Assembly: GCF_009914755.1 (NCBI RefSeq)
Contig: NC_060935.1
DNA: 64,000 bases
From: the human T2T-CHM13v2.0 reference genome, Homo sapiens
Direction: 5' to 3' (one strand)
Shown here: piece after piece, positions 15,091 through 30,724 of the stretch
Layout: the number at the start of each line of letters is the position of its first letter
How positions within the stretch are numbered: position 1 is the stretch's first letter
Made by a program: the position numbers and the translations under genes
The notes under the pieces: model-generated
What the model was told of the DNA's origin: nothing
Database searches by the model: none
What the model saw: only the letters and a program-made list of their open reading frames with translations

Positions 15091-15460
15091 CTGTGAGACT
15101 GAGAAAAAGTCACTGGTTCTCTTATTCCCTATTATCTATGTTTTTAATTGCCAGCCTAAATAAAAATGGAACTTAAACAATAATCTAGAATAAAGGAATA
15201 AAATTCTCTGAGAACAAGCTTTTAAACTCCTCTTTTTAATGAAGGAAAGTTATCCTATTAATTCTGGCAAGAACTTATACTTGACAAAAATGTACATGCA
15301 GGGTGGTTTAGGAAGCTCCAGTCCATGCTATGGTTTCCTTAGCTTCTGTCATGCAATTGAGTTTGTATGTTGGAGATTAGTTTTTTAGGGTATGGTATGG
15401 CCCTGAGAATTAGGCTGGTGAGATTGCAAGTTAAGAATGTTTATTTTCCCATTCTGGTTA

Positions 15461-15574
15461 ATTTATTATTATACTTTAAGTTCTAGGGTACATGTGTACA
15501 ATGTACAGGTTGTTACATAGGTATACATGTGCCATGTTGGTTTGCTGTACCCATTAACTCGTCATTTACATTAG
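15461..15574 (-). mobile_element. Very short L1PA 3'-end insertion
   Basis: ttattattatactttaagttctagggtacatgtg...cccattaactcgtcatttacattag is the reverse of an L1PA terminus. Confidence 0.9.
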
Positions 15575-17139
15575 TAATTTTAAAGTTTACTTTGGGGCAC
15601 AGAGGAATCCAGTAAAAACCTATTCAAAATATTAAAAGACCATTGGGCCAAAATAGGCTTCCCTGAATAAAAGACTCCTTAAAATTGTTTTTTTCTGTTT
15701 CTTCTTCCTCCTCACTGTAATAAAGATGTGCATCAAGAGTGGAAGTGACAGTATTGAAGAAAATCTGCATTAGGAGGTTTTTGAAATACTAATAAAGCTT
15801 TGGAAAAGTGTATGCCATTCTGCTAATGTTGGTTAAATTGCATTGGCTGTTATAGGGGAGAAGGAAACTATTAACTTTTAAAACACTTTTATTTAATGTT
15901 TGCCTTATTATACAAAATGATTACTCTGAAATCCATATTTGTTTTTATTAAAATTATATATTTATTAGTGAGAGAATGGGGCTTGGACTGGAATGTCCAA
16001 TGTTAATAATTACAAGCAGCAAATGAGACAGTGAACATAAAAGCATTTTGTAATTTTATATGCCATAAAAATGTAAGAGTCTGTTGTTTCTAAAACCACT
16101 CAGTGAGAGTATTACATTATAATCCTATTAATTTAATAATATTATTTGGCCTAATTCCTAGAGTATGACATACAAATATCTTTCATTCAAAATTAATATT
16201 TTTCTTCAAAAGTTATTCAAGTAACCTTCAAAAAGGTCTGCTGTGTACTGGGTTCTCTTTTAGGAAAGTGGTCCATTTTGAGCTACCCAGACAAGGTTCC
16301 TGTCCTTCTGGAGCTTATGTTACAGAGAGGAGAAGAGTGCCAATGTTAGAGTAAATGCACCGACAATTACAGATTATTTTGAGAGCAGTGAAGAACCGCT
16401 ATGATAGGAAGGGACTATGGTAGGCCAAATTCAGATGGTATATATGTGTCAGGGAAGAACTGGATCAAATTCATCCATGATAAAATGAAGGGAGTAAGCT
16501 GGATCAGGTTAAGCTGCCGAGGGAGGCGGCTGCTTTAAACATAGTGCCAAGTTCCTATTGCAGACTGTCACTCATGAATCTCTTGAGGGTCATGCTCATA
16601 TGTAACTGGTATTGACTGATCATTTTATTTCTTAAGAAAACCCAACGTTTGTTTTCTTGCAAGATTTTCATTAAAAAAATCAGTGGAAAGAGTGAGGTAA
16701 GAGGTAACCACATAGTTTTCTTTATTAGAAAGAACACAGGTTTATGATATTGATAATCTAGGTTCAGACCAGATGTCTTCCTAATTGTAACATTGGGAAA
16801 CCTTATTTTCTGCATTTGTATAACAAAAGCATTTGAAAAGATGACCTCTATTATTCCTTGCTTCTACTGGATGTATGAGTCTGAATACAAACAAGTTGTT
16901 GTTCTGTTTAAATTGGTTTTCCTTGAAGAGAGTTAATCCTATATTTGAAAGGCAATTAAGCTGAAAGCAGGACAAGCACTAAAGCAAACTGAAGTACCAT
17001 AAGGAAAGCCACCCTCCATAAAACAGAGATATAAAGCTAAGCAGAGAGGTTCTTTCCTTAAAAGTGTTCATGTTTGAATTGGCCTAATATAGAGGAAAAA
17101 GCAGGGGGGCTTCTGTGTCAAATGTATTTGACTTAAAAT

Positions 17140-18070
17140 CTTGAAATTGACACTTACCAGCTAGGTAACACTGTGAAAGTTTTTTGTTTGCTTGCTTCTG
17201 CTTTTTTTTTAATCTACTTTGAGCCTCAGTTTTCTCCTCTCCCATCTATGAATTAAAATAAATAAAAATAAAAATAAAAATAAAAAAATAAATAAAACAA
17301 AATACCACATGTTCTCATTTAAAAGTGGGAGCTGAATGGTGAGTACACATGGACACAAAGAAGGGAACAACTAACACCAGGGCATACTTGAAGGTAGAGG
17401 AGGGTGGGGATCAAAAAACTACCTGTCAGGTACTATGCTTATTACCTGGGTGATGAAATAATCTGGACACTAAACCCCTGCAACACATAATTTACCATAT
17501 AACAAACCTGCACATGTACTCCTGAACCTAAAATAAACATCAAAAAAGAAAATATAGTGTATGTATAGACACAGATTCTTTGTATATATACCATATATAT
17601 GTATATATACACGCAATAGAATATACACATTAGAATATATACAATGGAATATTATTCAACTATAAAAATGAGACAATCTAGCCATTTAAAACAACATGGA
17701 TGGACCTGAAATACAATATGCTAAGTGAAGTAAGTCAGGCATAGAATGACCAATACTACATGTTTTTAGTTAGATGGGGAATCTAAAAAGGCAAACTCAT
17801 AGAAGCAGAGAGAAGAATGGTGCTTTTCAGGGCCTGAGGGTGGAAAAGTGGGGAGAGGTTGTTTAAAGGGTCTATATTTTCAGTTATAAGATGAAGAAGT
17901 TTGGGAAATCTAATGTAGAGCATTGTGTCTATAGTTAATAACACTATATTATAGAAATAAAATGTTTTACAACAGTAAAAAAAAAAAAAGAAAATATCTG
18001 CTAGGAATAAATGAGATGGTGTTTTTAATACGTCCAACACAAAGGAAGCACTCAGTAAATGTTAACTCGT
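17140..18070 (+). mobile_element. MIR interrupted by an (A5T)n tract, an old L1PA 3' UTR (~17300-17550) and an L1MA/MB 3' fragment (~17640-17990)
   Basis: MIR core tgagcctcagttttctc, resuming as ggaataaatgagat...gcactcagtaaatgtta; L1 3' UTR motifs lie in between. Confidence 0.7.
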
Positions 18071-19368
18071 ATACTTCACTTAGCAGTGTGTGGGAAGTTG
18101 CTTTCTTTTTTTATAATTGCACCAGTCAGGACAGAAGAGTAAACTCTTCTGTACACTATCATTTATCAGAGCTAATTCTTCTTGCCTCTCAGTGTGGCAT
18201 TCAACAATATGCTTCCTTGTTTACAATATAGTCATCTTTCTATCTGTCATTAATATTTTATATTCTGGCCAATGGTCATGAATATGAGCAAACATTTTGA
18301 TGATTTTCTAAAGAATAAGCAAATATAACACTATTTCAGTGCTTAACATACATACTGGGTGTTAAAATTTAATATTTTTCTGTCAGAGACTGTTGATTGT
18401 CAGGTGGATAGGGGCCTAACTCTAAATTCAGAAACGGTCACCATAAGGACAATCTAATGAGTGCTCAAAAAAGACCAGGAAGTAAACTTTTTTTTCAATT
18501 TTTGTTGAATATAATATGGAAATTGAATTGGGTTTTATGGACCCCATACAATACTGATTAATTCAACACTTCCATTTTCAGGAGGGAACGTATCCTCTAT
18601 GATAAATAAAGCAAGACTGATACTTTTTACAATTTTCTTTGTTATGTTCTTTTATTTTTGGTAGGTGTTTGTTTGTTTGGTCTATATTTCTTTTTACTGA
18701 TTTGCCTATTTTCAAAGAATTGAGATATCAGATAAGCCATAAATATGAACAAAATAAAATGTCTTTAAAATCAGATGCTGAAAAGATAGAGCTATTTCAT
18801 TATTGGTGTACCTCGGCAAACATCAGTTTCATCAATTTTATTATATGGGAATAATATTTACTACCTGGTAGGGATATTGTGAACATGAGGTTAAATATAT
18901 TTGTAAAAGATTAGAAAGTTCAAACAAATCAATGATTAATACTCAGAATGACAATATAAGCTCTGTCACTTGTAGCATCTACCACTTGGTTCATTAGAGA
19001 CATAAATTTCACTTGTTAGTTTGGTAACAATCATATAGATCTTTGACTCAAAGAATGGTCTTCCGTGGCTGGAAAGTCCATCTTCTATAACTAATAGAGC
19101 AGATCAAAGAGTCATCACATGGATTAATGACAGGTGAAAAAAACAAACTTGCTACTCAGGTAGATTGGTGAAGAAACCTTGGGCTGGTAGTTCAGGCAAA
19201 ACCCTTAGGACATTCAGATTAATTGTGTATTATTGTAGGAGGCAAGTTTAATCCTTTAAAATAAAGTCCTATGAGTTTTCAAATAGAGTATAGGAAATCA
19301 AATGAGACTTTCTCCTACTGTAGAAATCAGAAAAGACAATAAGCTAATAGAAACATCAATTACAGGAA

Positions 19369-19685
19369 TTTTTTTTTTTTGGTTTTGTATTGTTTTTGAG
19401 ATAGAGTCCCACTCTGTTACCGAGGCTGGAGTGCAATGGCCCAGTGTCAGCTCACTGCAACCTCTGCCTCCCGGGGCTCAAGTGATTCTCTCACCTCAGC
19501 CTCCTGAGTAGCTGGGACTACAGGCATGCATCCCCATGCCCAGCTAATTTTTGTATTTTTTGTAGAGATGGGGTTTTGCTGTGTTGCCCAAGGCTGGTTG
19601 CAAACTCCTGGGCTCAAGCAATCTGCCTGCCTTGGTCTCCCAAAGAGCTGGGATTACAGGTATGAGCCACTGCACCTGCCTGGTC
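19369..19685 (-). mobile_element. AluJ
   Basis: J features (gggctcaag in both arms, ttgccca); diverged. Confidence 0.9.
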
Positions 19686-20349
19686 ACACATCAGAGAGCT
19701 AAGAATACAAAGAACCTAAATAAAATGAATTTCAGAGAGGGGCAAATCTTCTTAGGAAACAAAGACCTCTGTTTTATCTCAGTCCTAATAGAATAGCACA
19801 ACGAAGAGTAAATGTACCTTCAATGGGAGGAATGAGAAATAAGCCAAACACTTAGTAAACTTTTATAACATCTCCATGGATTTTGGATGCATATTGCAAT
19901 CTCAAGGAGGCTCACTCACAAAGAAAGTCCCCATTTACCTATATTTTCTTCTCTGTTGATCCTTGACTTTGTACACAGCCACAACATATACAAGACTAGG
20001 CACAAGGGAAACCCTTTTTAGATGTGAGAGACCTTCATGTAGTCAAGGAAGTGACGCATCTCTGGCTGGGATTAGGGCATGAAAGCTGAGAGAAAATCTC
20101 GAGGAGCACTGGGCATCATCTTATGCACAGCAGGAGCTGACTGAGGCTGGAGACAAAGCTAGAGGGAGGGATGGGACCCCTTGAGCTGGTGAAAGTCACG
20201 GAGGAAATGAAGAGAAAAAAGAATTATCCAGGGGCTAAAAATATCTGGTGACTGTAGTAGAGAGAAAGAGAGCTCTTTCATGTTTGGGATCATGGTGTAG
20301 TGACCAAAAATAATAGAGAGCTCTCCCAAGTCTTGCTGCAAAGAAACAA

Positions 20350-23300
20350 GATAATGTGAGCCGTGGTTTAAATAACACAATCAATGGGAACAACCAATAT
20401 GATTTAGGCAATTACACATGTGAAAAAGAGCACATATCAGAAATGGAAATATTCTGAATAAAAGTGAATAAAATCTAGGAAGACTGAAATAGTTGGTGAC
20501 TGATTGCAGGAAAAAAATGGAAGAAGACAAAATTATCTAAAACAAAGAACAATTATAACCAAGGAAAGCACATAGACACTGAAGATAGGTATTAAAAGAA
20601 TCTCAAATAAATGAAATCAAAGCTAAAACATTGGTAAAATGATTTTTAAATGTAATTTAATGTAGAAGATAGGCAAGAAATGTGTATATATATGTATATA
20701 TATGTATATGTATGTATATACATATATATATAGTTATTTTTGTGAAGAGAAAAAATCCAACACTTAAGTAGAACTGATATTTAAAACAATAATCCAAAAA
20801 GCATTTCCAGAAAACAAAAAAAGACAATTCACTGTAAAACAAATGTCCCCCAAATGTATAAAATGACCCCTGACTTAACCAATAATAAGTAATGGGTAAA
20901 TAAAAAACAGTACTGATATACCATGCCACATCTATCAATTTGGCGAAAATTTTGTTTGGCAATATGCCCAGCTGGAAAGGCTGGAGAGAAAGGGCTATTC
21001 TCATTTATACCTGGTAGAAGTAAAAAATGTACTAATCTAGTGTTCGCAAATGTTTTGATATCTAACAGAAATACTTTATTCCTTTCGATCCAATAGTCCC
21101 ACTTACAGAAATCTACCCTGAAGATACCCCTCTACAAATGTAAAATGGTATACAGTTATTCACTGTAGCATTAATTTGCAATTAATTAATTGCAAAAGAT
21201 TTGAAAAATGCAAATGCCCATCAATAGGGAACATGAAAACAATGGAGTATTATGGCATCCTAAAACATAAACACATAAACAGCAAACAAATGAAGTTTTA
21301 TTTAGTGTACTGCTTTGTAGTGATCTCCAAGAGAAAAAAAAGGTACTGTGAATACTAATGTACCTGGTAGTCCTTTTCTTAATACAAGAAAAGGATGGAA
21401 ATAAGGATACGTTAGGTAGGAAAAATTACAGAAAATACAAACAAGAAACTAACAATTATTAGTTATAGGAGTTGAAATAGTAAAAACTGAGATGGAAGAA
21501 AATAAATTTAAAGACATTTCTGCATATGCTTTATCAAACTATTTAAATGCTTTAAAAAATTAAATCAAAACATACAAAACTTAGACAAGCTGAATTCATC
21601 CTAAATGTATATAAAATTTCTAATGTATCAATGGAAAAAAAGAATTATTCCAAATAGCATAAATATAATTCTGTGTAAGTCATATGCAGAACAACAACAA
21701 AAATCCTGCTAAGAAATAATAAACTTTACTCTGAAGACTTACAGTCAATGTACCACTGACAGTGTAATTGGAAATAATTTCTGCATCTCACAAAATAAAA
21801 GGCATGTAAATATTTAAATATTATTAGGAGAACAGGTTTTTGTGTCAGAGAAATGACATGCAAGTTTGCTAACACTATTTGTTGGAAGAGCCTAGAAACA
21901 GTAGCACCTCAAAAGACCTGGCATCCAGATCTTTCTTGATTACTCTAAGTGGGAAAATTAGAAGGTGAACCTGGGAATTTTTACTGTGTCTGATAGCAGG
22001 AAGAGCTCAAAATCACAAGGTGTATTTCAATAAGATGCAGAAGGCAGCTTAAAGAAGCATTTACTGGCCAAATTTGATATAATTTGAACATAAAAAACAT
22101 AATTGACTATACTTCATTTTAAAACAGTAAAAATATGGTGATAAGAGGGACACACACACACACACACACGTATTTGCCATCAGTGGAAGTGACTGCTACA
22201 CCAATCCCTTAGTCTGAAAATTAGTAATAAAAGGAAAATAATTTAGCTTCTCTCTCACATGCGCACTCTCTCTCTCTCCCTCCCTCTTTCATATATTAGA
22301 GTTACATGTTTATTCTGTTTTTTCTTTTTGGCAAAGTTCTTTCTAAGACTACCAGCTAATTTGTGAAATGAATATATTAATAGTAGAGAAATGCCATTTC
22401 AAGTCCCTAATGAACTCATTGTTTCAGGAAAAAGATGGATGCTAAAACCACCAAAAATGGCTAGTTACAGGGTACCAAAGAATCACCCCACAAAACTTTT
22501 CAAAGTGATCTGACAACCACACCTTAACACCATTCAATCCAGCAATCCCATTAATGGGTATATACCCGAAGGAATATAAATATTTCTATTATAAAGACAC
22601 ATGCACATGTATGTTCATTGCAGCACTATTCACAAAAGACATGGAATCAATATAAATGCACATCAATGATAAACTGGATAAAGAAAATGTGGTACATATA
22701 CACCACGGAATACTGTACAGCCATAAAAAAGAATGAGATCATGCCCTTTGCAGTGATATGGATAGAGCCATTATCCTAAGCAAACTAACACAGGAACAGA
22801 AAACCAAATACTGCATGTTCTCACTTATAAGTGGGAGCTAATTGATAAGAACACATGGACACATATCAGTGAACAACACACACCGAGGCCTATGGGAAGG
22901 TGAAGGGTGAAAGGAGAGTGAGGATCAGGAAAAATAACAAATGAGTACTAGGCTTAACACCTGGAAGATGAAATAATCTATACAATAAACCCCCATGACA
23001 CAAGTTTACCTGTGTAACAAACCTGCACATGTATCCCTGAACTTAAGACAAAAGTTTAAAAAAAAAAAAAAAAAGGAGCCAGAGTTAGAATCACTAATAT
23101 TGATGCAATCTGACCATATGGGCCTTCTGACAGGATGAAAACTACACATAAGTTTATTTTTTCAAGTCTTTTCTTTTTGCCAAAAGACAAAAATCAAGCC
23201 TTTAGTCCAAACTTATAGGGGAAAAAGTTAAAACATTCACAGGGAAATTATCTGATAAAGTTGAAACATAAGACAAATTAAAAGATAACTGTCCTAATTT

Positions 23301-23720
23301 CTTCACACAGTCAACATCAGGGGGAAAATAGGAAATTATTGTAGGTTAAAAAATCAAAAAGATCTAACAAGTATGATGCATGGGCTTAACTATGATTGGT
23401 TCTCTGGCTTTAAAAAATACTGTGTAAGAATTTTTAAGGCAAAAGAGGAAATTTCAGCTTGAACACTAGCTAATATCAGGAAATTAATTTTCTTAGATGT
23501 GATGTTATTGAGGTAGTGTAGATGAATATTCTTATATAGAAGACACCTGCTGAAGTGTTTAGGGGTAAACAATTATGACACATACAACTTATTTCCAACC
23601 TTTCAATTGGTTAAGATTAGAGTAGTAAAATATGGGAAAATGGTGTGTATATAGATATGCTACTCTTCTAATATTTTAAAATTCTTTCAATGTTTGTACA
23701 TTTTCATAATAAAAATTTTA
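20350..23720 (+). mobile_element. Old L1M (MC/ME-type) fragments
   Basis: Decayed motifs such as ctttcgatccaatagtcccactt, aaatgcccatcaatagggga and gctgaagtgtttaggggtaaa; strong A skew. Confidence 0.55.
22530..23074 (+). mobile_element. 5'-truncated L1PA13-like 3' end with poly(A)
   Basis: aggatcaggaaaaataac...tactaggcttaacacctgg...aacaaacctgcacatgtatccctgaacttaa followed by an A run. Confidence 0.9.
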
Positions 23721-23799
23721 TTATGATTGCCTATATTGTAAACAGCGCTAAGGAGAAGTGAAATCTTGTTTGGATAATGCTCAAAATAGAACCACTTCC

Positions 23800-24440
23800 T
23801 GGTTAATTTGGCATCGGTTATCTGTCTAACCAATATTCACTCTTTCAATCTTTTTTGTATCAGAAACTGGAAATTAGGTCCACGGAAAACCTCCTTTGCA
23901 AATAGGGGAAGCCGATAGGGTTAAGAAAAGTTATACGGCGGGGCTCCTAGAAAGTCTGTTAACTTATTTCTCTTTATTTTCTGTGTGTGAGTTGGACTAC
24001 GAACTTGATGGCTGAAGCTTTAGCTACTATCCGTGAACTGACATGCGAAGTTGGAAGATCAAAGATTCTTGATTCCTTGTGTGTGAATTTTCTATTGTTA
24101 AACTTATTTTAATGAGAGAAAAATAAAATCTGTTTAAGTCACTGGAATTTGAGGCTTCTGTAATTTGCAGTTTAACTTAATCCTAAAAATTACAACATTT
24201 ATAAAGAATTTTCCTCTTCAGACTCTTGTGGTTATACAAGAAACATTTTCATGGGCAATCAAGGTAGACCAACTAATGCTCTTCAAATGATATCCATGTC
24301 TTAATACCAGAAATATGTCAGCATTCAAACAGACTTTGTATGGCACAAAGGACTATGCAAATGTGATTGAATCAATACTTTTGAAATGGAGAGACTATCC
24401 TGGATCACCTGGGTGGGCCTTAACTAGAATCATAGGTATT
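23800..24440 (+). mobile_element. Old MLT1 (MaLR) LTR fragments
   Basis: tgtttaagtcactg...tctgtaatttgcag end motif, then gtatggcacaaaggactatgcaaatgtgatt...tatcctggatcacctgggtgggcc start motif. Confidence 0.55.
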
Positions 24441-24779
24441 GTGAAGAGTAGAGAGAAAAAAATTCCATGATGCATTACCGTGTAGGGAATTTTGAAGAAC
24501 TTGTCAACTAGTAAAACAGATTTTAAAACCTGCCTCTTTAATTGTGAGAAGTGGATTTCCATTACAAAAAAAATAGAGCTCATTTAAAAGTTATAAAAGG
24601 AATTTATATAAATGGTCAACTTACGTAAAACCCTTTATATAATCGTTAAACTGTACAGATTTTGATCTTGTTTAAAAATTTGTATTAAGCTCCTGAGTGC
24701 AAGAATTGCTTTTTATTATAAGAGAAAAACAGATTTATCTTGATTTATGTGACAACTGTAGATTTTACTTATAATTGAT

Positions 24780-27040
24780 ATATGTACCACTTCTCTTAGT
24801 GCTTTGCATTTTGCTTAGAATTCCCACAAATTATATAATCTCCAACTCACAACATGGTAAGATGTGTATATTATCAACATCCACATTAAGGATGAGTAAA
24901 ATGACTTTCAAGATTTTAATTAGCTGTCTATAGTCACATAGCAAGTAAATATTAAATTAGCCCTTCAACTGAGATCTTTCAGATTTCAAAGACTACACAG
25001 AATTTTAGCTGTAACACATGACCAGGGAGCTGCAAGAAAAATCTCAGAGATGGGAACATATATTAACTAGGAAAATGACAAACAGAATTTGCATGCGTGT
25101 AAGCTCTTGGCACATGGATTTCCAATTCTTCTGGCTTAACTCAAACCATTCGAAATCAAAAGCACGCATACAGGGTGTTTTTTTCCCCCCCCCACTTAAA
25201 GGAAAATATCTTCAGTGGCCTTCCTGGCATCTTGCCTTGTAACTTTGTAACTTATAGAGCAGAGTCCACTGAATTTCTCTGGGCCATTTGACCCTTACTC
25301 AGGTCACGAGACAACACATTCTCATGGGGGAAATAGAGTCTTTTTTATCAGCACTTTTTGGATAAAGTAACAGTACATCAACCTTTGCTTAGACTATGGT
25401 ATTCTAGTTCTCCAAGAACAGGAACTTTGTTATTCTGTAGTGATTTGGTCCTTGTCTAGTATTTTATTCCTCCTACATTTGAACTTGTTGTCTGTGGCCT
25501 TGTGGCTTTCTGCAACTGAATCTTCTCTTTCAGCAGCTAGATCCTCCGTGTGTTGCCTCCCTGTTTGGATTCTTACGTGACTAAATCCTAAATGTATTCC
25601 TACGAGTTATGGCTTAGACTTCTGTTCATTTTGGACTTGACACATCCTGTGCTTCCCTTTTTCTGTGCCTTGAATCTTTAACTAGAGCTTTCTATCTGCT
25701 TCCACTTTCTACCTATCAGCTCATCCTCACCTCATGAAGTATCCATATCTACTTTAACTTCTGTTTTTAATTTTCCCCAGTGAATGATCTTATGCCTGCC
25801 CAATGATATTGTGGTTTCTCCTTTATTTTTTAAAAATGGAGAATAATATAATGGAAGACAGCATAAAAGGTTTTGGGCTCAGACAGAGCTGGGATAAATT
25901 CCTGGTGCTGCAATTTACTCACTGAATAACTGAGGAAGTCACCTGGAAAAGGTCCCTTCTCTATCGGGCTTGTCCTCCACATTTACAATCACCAGGTCCT
26001 GTCTATTTTTCCCCTTAATTTCTGTCAAATCCCACTTCATTATATCCCATGCTACTGCTTTAGTCCAGGTTCTTGTAATTTTCCACCCATATCACGTACA
26101 GACTTTTAAGAAACATCGTGCCTCAAGTTTTACTTATTTTAAAGTCCATTCTCTTCACTGCTTTCATAACCTTATCTTTATGTAAGTCACTCTCTGCCTA
26201 CAATGTCCCCCTTGCTCCCCTAAAAGCTAACTCCAACACATTTTTCAAAACTCAATTTAGAATTAACATCCCTGGGAATCTTTAGATGACCACTTTCATA
26301 ACCCTCTTTCCTCACCTACACGCATACTCACAACTCTCTGGGTCAGGCAGGCCTATTTCTCATGTAATCCCACATGACTCCAAAAGATACTTTATATTAA
26401 TACCCTGCCAGGTTGTCATTATTTATATATATGAGTTTATCCTTGAGGGCAGAAATTTGTTATTTCCGTCTCTGTAGTTTCTAGTACCTGGAACATATTC
26501 AGTAGCCTCAAAAATACAAGGGTTGGAGCTACCACTGTTTTTCCTAGAAACAATTGAAAGCTCACAATAAATGGAACCCCCTTTATTGTTCAGCAACATG
26601 TGCTTTTTCTACCTTTCCTTTTTTCACTTCCAGCTATGAGAGTCTAATAGGTCAGCTCCCATTTACTATTCTATTACATTTGAAGATGAATGTTAAGGCA
26701 GACAAATAGGATACTTTTATTGACTTGATTTTGTAAAATACTTCTCCGATAAGTAGTGAGTGAACCAATCCTTTATCCATTTATTCATTTAACATACATT
26801 TATTGAGCACTCACTGTGTGTCTGGACCTCTGTTAAGAAACCATTGGTACAAAACAATGGAAAATATAGGCCTTCAAGTTCATAGTCTAGCAGAAATATA
26901 TTGAAAATACCCACTCTCCTTCCTCAGTTGCCTTTTGCAGAAGGAACTACTCATGATCAGTGCATGCCATCTTTGTGTCAAACAATGCCTGCCATATAGT
27001 GTATGTTCAATAAATTTGTTAAATAAAATTTATAATAAAT
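24780..27040. mobile_element. Scattered MIR and L2 fragments
   Basis: MIR-like at ~24790-25000 and ~25860-25950; L2-like gctactgctttagtccagg and cattcatttaacatacatttattgagcac. Confidence 0.55.
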
Positions 27041-27824
27041 AAAATGTATAACTAAAAAAAGTAGTAGTTTCTCCATCTAATATTCAGTCCCAGAAGTTGG
27101 AGCTTTTTCACAAAGTTGTGGATTGTTTTTTCCTTCTGCCTTTCAACAGTACTTGGCCAAGCTGACATTAATCTTTTAGTTATTATTAGATAAAGCACTC
27201 ATCTGCCTTTTCACCACTCTTGCACCTAAAGCCATCACCTTATATTAGTGGACACTGGACATGACACAATGTCAAGCTGGGCTGCTGTAATGAAATTCTG
27301 AATGTCTCTGGGATGACCTCTAATTTGGCCTTGTAGTGCATGTATGCCTGTTGTATGCATCTCCTTCCAAAAATCCCCATCTGTAATTACTTAGATTTTT
27401 ATATTGCTAATAGGAGAGACTTTTAAGGGAAAAAAAAGACATTCAATGTTCTTTATTTTCTAACTTTGGTCTCCACTTTCTCTTAACCCTTGGGCCTGAG
27501 GAGTGAATTTTACTGAATGTAGCTCCTCACTGCAACATCTATGGAAAACGCTTCTCCTTTTCCACTGGTGAAGATACTGAAGGGAATAATAGTAAGCATG
27601 GAACTCCTCGGCAGCCTCCATCTCTTCACTTCAAAGTTCTTAAGTAAAGGATGTTCTTTAATTTGGAAACATAATTTATATTGCATTAACTTCTCAGGAT
27701 TATTTTAAAAACCTGGTTTAGGAAATGCAAAATAAACAGGAGAGTTTTTATTTTTCTAGGAGAAAGCTCATAAAGAGTATCATTTTCTTTCTGACATATG
27801 GATTACTCCTGAGTGACTGTACTG

Positions 27825-27904
27825 CTTGTCTAAACACAGACTACTTTAAGAATGGGAAAAATTATGTGTGGAAATGGTAATTTTCTGTTATAAAAATGTG
27901 TATA

Positions 27905-27907
<3 letters not shown>
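27825..27907 (+). repeat. 83-bp dispersed direct repeat, copy 1
   Basis: 77/83 identical to 30087-30169 by manual alignment. Confidence 0.95.
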
Positions 27908-28828
<921 letters not shown>

Positions 28829-29769
28829 CATATTGTAGCACAAGTTTTAATAATTCAGAGAACTTGGTTTAATATTACCCAAAGGAGATAGCTTTATATT
28901 TTGAATTGACACAGTTTATTAGAGACTATGATGTCTTGCACATACACCTAATTTTTCTAGAGGCCTTCTTTAAAGAGATGGCACTAGAGAGTTCAGATAC
29001 AAAATAAGAGGTTAGTAAGCAACTTGTTACACATATAATTGCAAGTGTTTACTAAATATGCAAGACCATACTTTTGTTTGCCTGGCTTGAAAAATTTGTT
29101 GGATTAAATTGTATTTTCATTCATACATTTGTCACTCGACTACGTTGTCAAATCTTTAATATTACTTGAGTCATATTTCTAGAACCTTTTATTACTTTAA
29201 TGATTGGTTAATCGATAAGATTCATTTTAAGTAGATCCCACAGATATACAAATTATGAAAGACCATTTTGCTTTCAGCTGCCATAGTTAATGTGCTTTTA
29301 TTTACTTTCCATTTAATTTTTAAATAGTTTTGGAGTAATGTTTTATTTTCAAGAATGATTTGTTTGTATATTTTGATTTTTAAAAATCATGTTTCATTTT
29401 CCCTAGTATCTAAGCCACCTTACACGTTATTACGTATCTTTTAGTAAACGACTCTTGTCTCTTCCTTCTGCACCTAGGCTGTTGAATAGGCTGGTTTCAA
29501 ACAATTCAACTGTTTCTTCCCAGGCTGACATTATCTTTTCTTTTAAAAATCTTTCTAGGTAATAGAGTCTTCTCATTGAAACCTAATATTTAGGTATGTA
29601 CCTCACAAAAAAAGTTATGAAATATTTAGGAGGATATCTAAAAGTGAGACATCAACAGGCTTTACCTATGCCTCACCTGCAAGAGTATTCTGTCTTTCTC
29701 TATATATACAGATATCTGCAGTTATTTTTTCACTGATGGTGAAACGGCCCAAAGCAGATTATGAGAATG

Positions 29770-30330
29770 ACCCTATAGGCTTTTGCTAGAAATATTGGAG
29801 GATTTCTCTTTCTGCTACATTGCTAGAATTTTATACTATCACCTTTAATTCCCAAGGGCCATCTTTTCTACCTGTTATAAGTGAGAAGGTCTACTTGAAA
29901 GTGGAAAACAGTGGCAAGATAAAGATGCATCTATAAATATATATTTCTATAACTATATGGTTACCATATTTAATATATATTAAATATAAATATAGAGATA
30001 AATGGATGGTTGGATATATAGATAATATAGAAATAGAGATAGCTAAATTTATACCTCTAAAAATCACAGCAGTATAGAAATTTAATCTTGTCTAAACACA
30101 GACTACTTTAAGAATGGGAAAAATTATGTAAGGAAATGGTAACTTTATATAATAAAAATGTGTATAGGCTTGTACTATATAATTTTTGAGCCTGTAGATC
30201 CAGCTTTGTCTATACCTATTCCAAAATATACCTGTGTAATCTACAGATATGTAAGTTAAACAAGTCTTTTCCTTAAAATAGTTTTGATTCCATTTCTGAT
30301 ATTTGCAACCAAGAAAGTCCTAACACAACA
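29770..30330 (+). mobile_element. Old MLT1 (J/K-like) LTR interrupted by AT-rich DNA and the 83-bp copy
   Basis: tttgagcctgtagatccagct and 3' end tttctgatatttgcaaccaagaaagtcctaac. Confidence 0.55.
30087..30169 (+). repeat. 83-bp dispersed direct repeat, copy 2
   Basis: 77/83 identical to 27825-27907. Confidence 0.95.
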
Positions 30331-30724
30331 ATCATACTGTGTATTGGTCATTAGAACACAAAAATAGAATGAAATAAATGCAACTGACATGATTACAGCG
30401 ATCACAGATGTGCTCATGAAGATGGTAGGGAGCTTCTCAGAATGAATGAGTAAAGGTAAAAAAAAAATTGTGTGATTGATGTGTACTCAGAATTGTTCAG
30501 GTTGTTGAGAAAAGTTCTGTAAGTCTGTACTATAAATTCTTAGCTTGATAAACTATTAAAACAAATAGTAACAACTATCTAATGTAAGTAGTGAATTATA
30601 GGCACTCTTCATGATACAAGATGATAGCTTAAAAATTTGGAGCCTAATCCTCAGCAATACCAACCAACTAAGGTTATTAAGTGCATTTAGGTGGAACGCG
30701 AATTACCAGTTAGAAAGACCAAAT

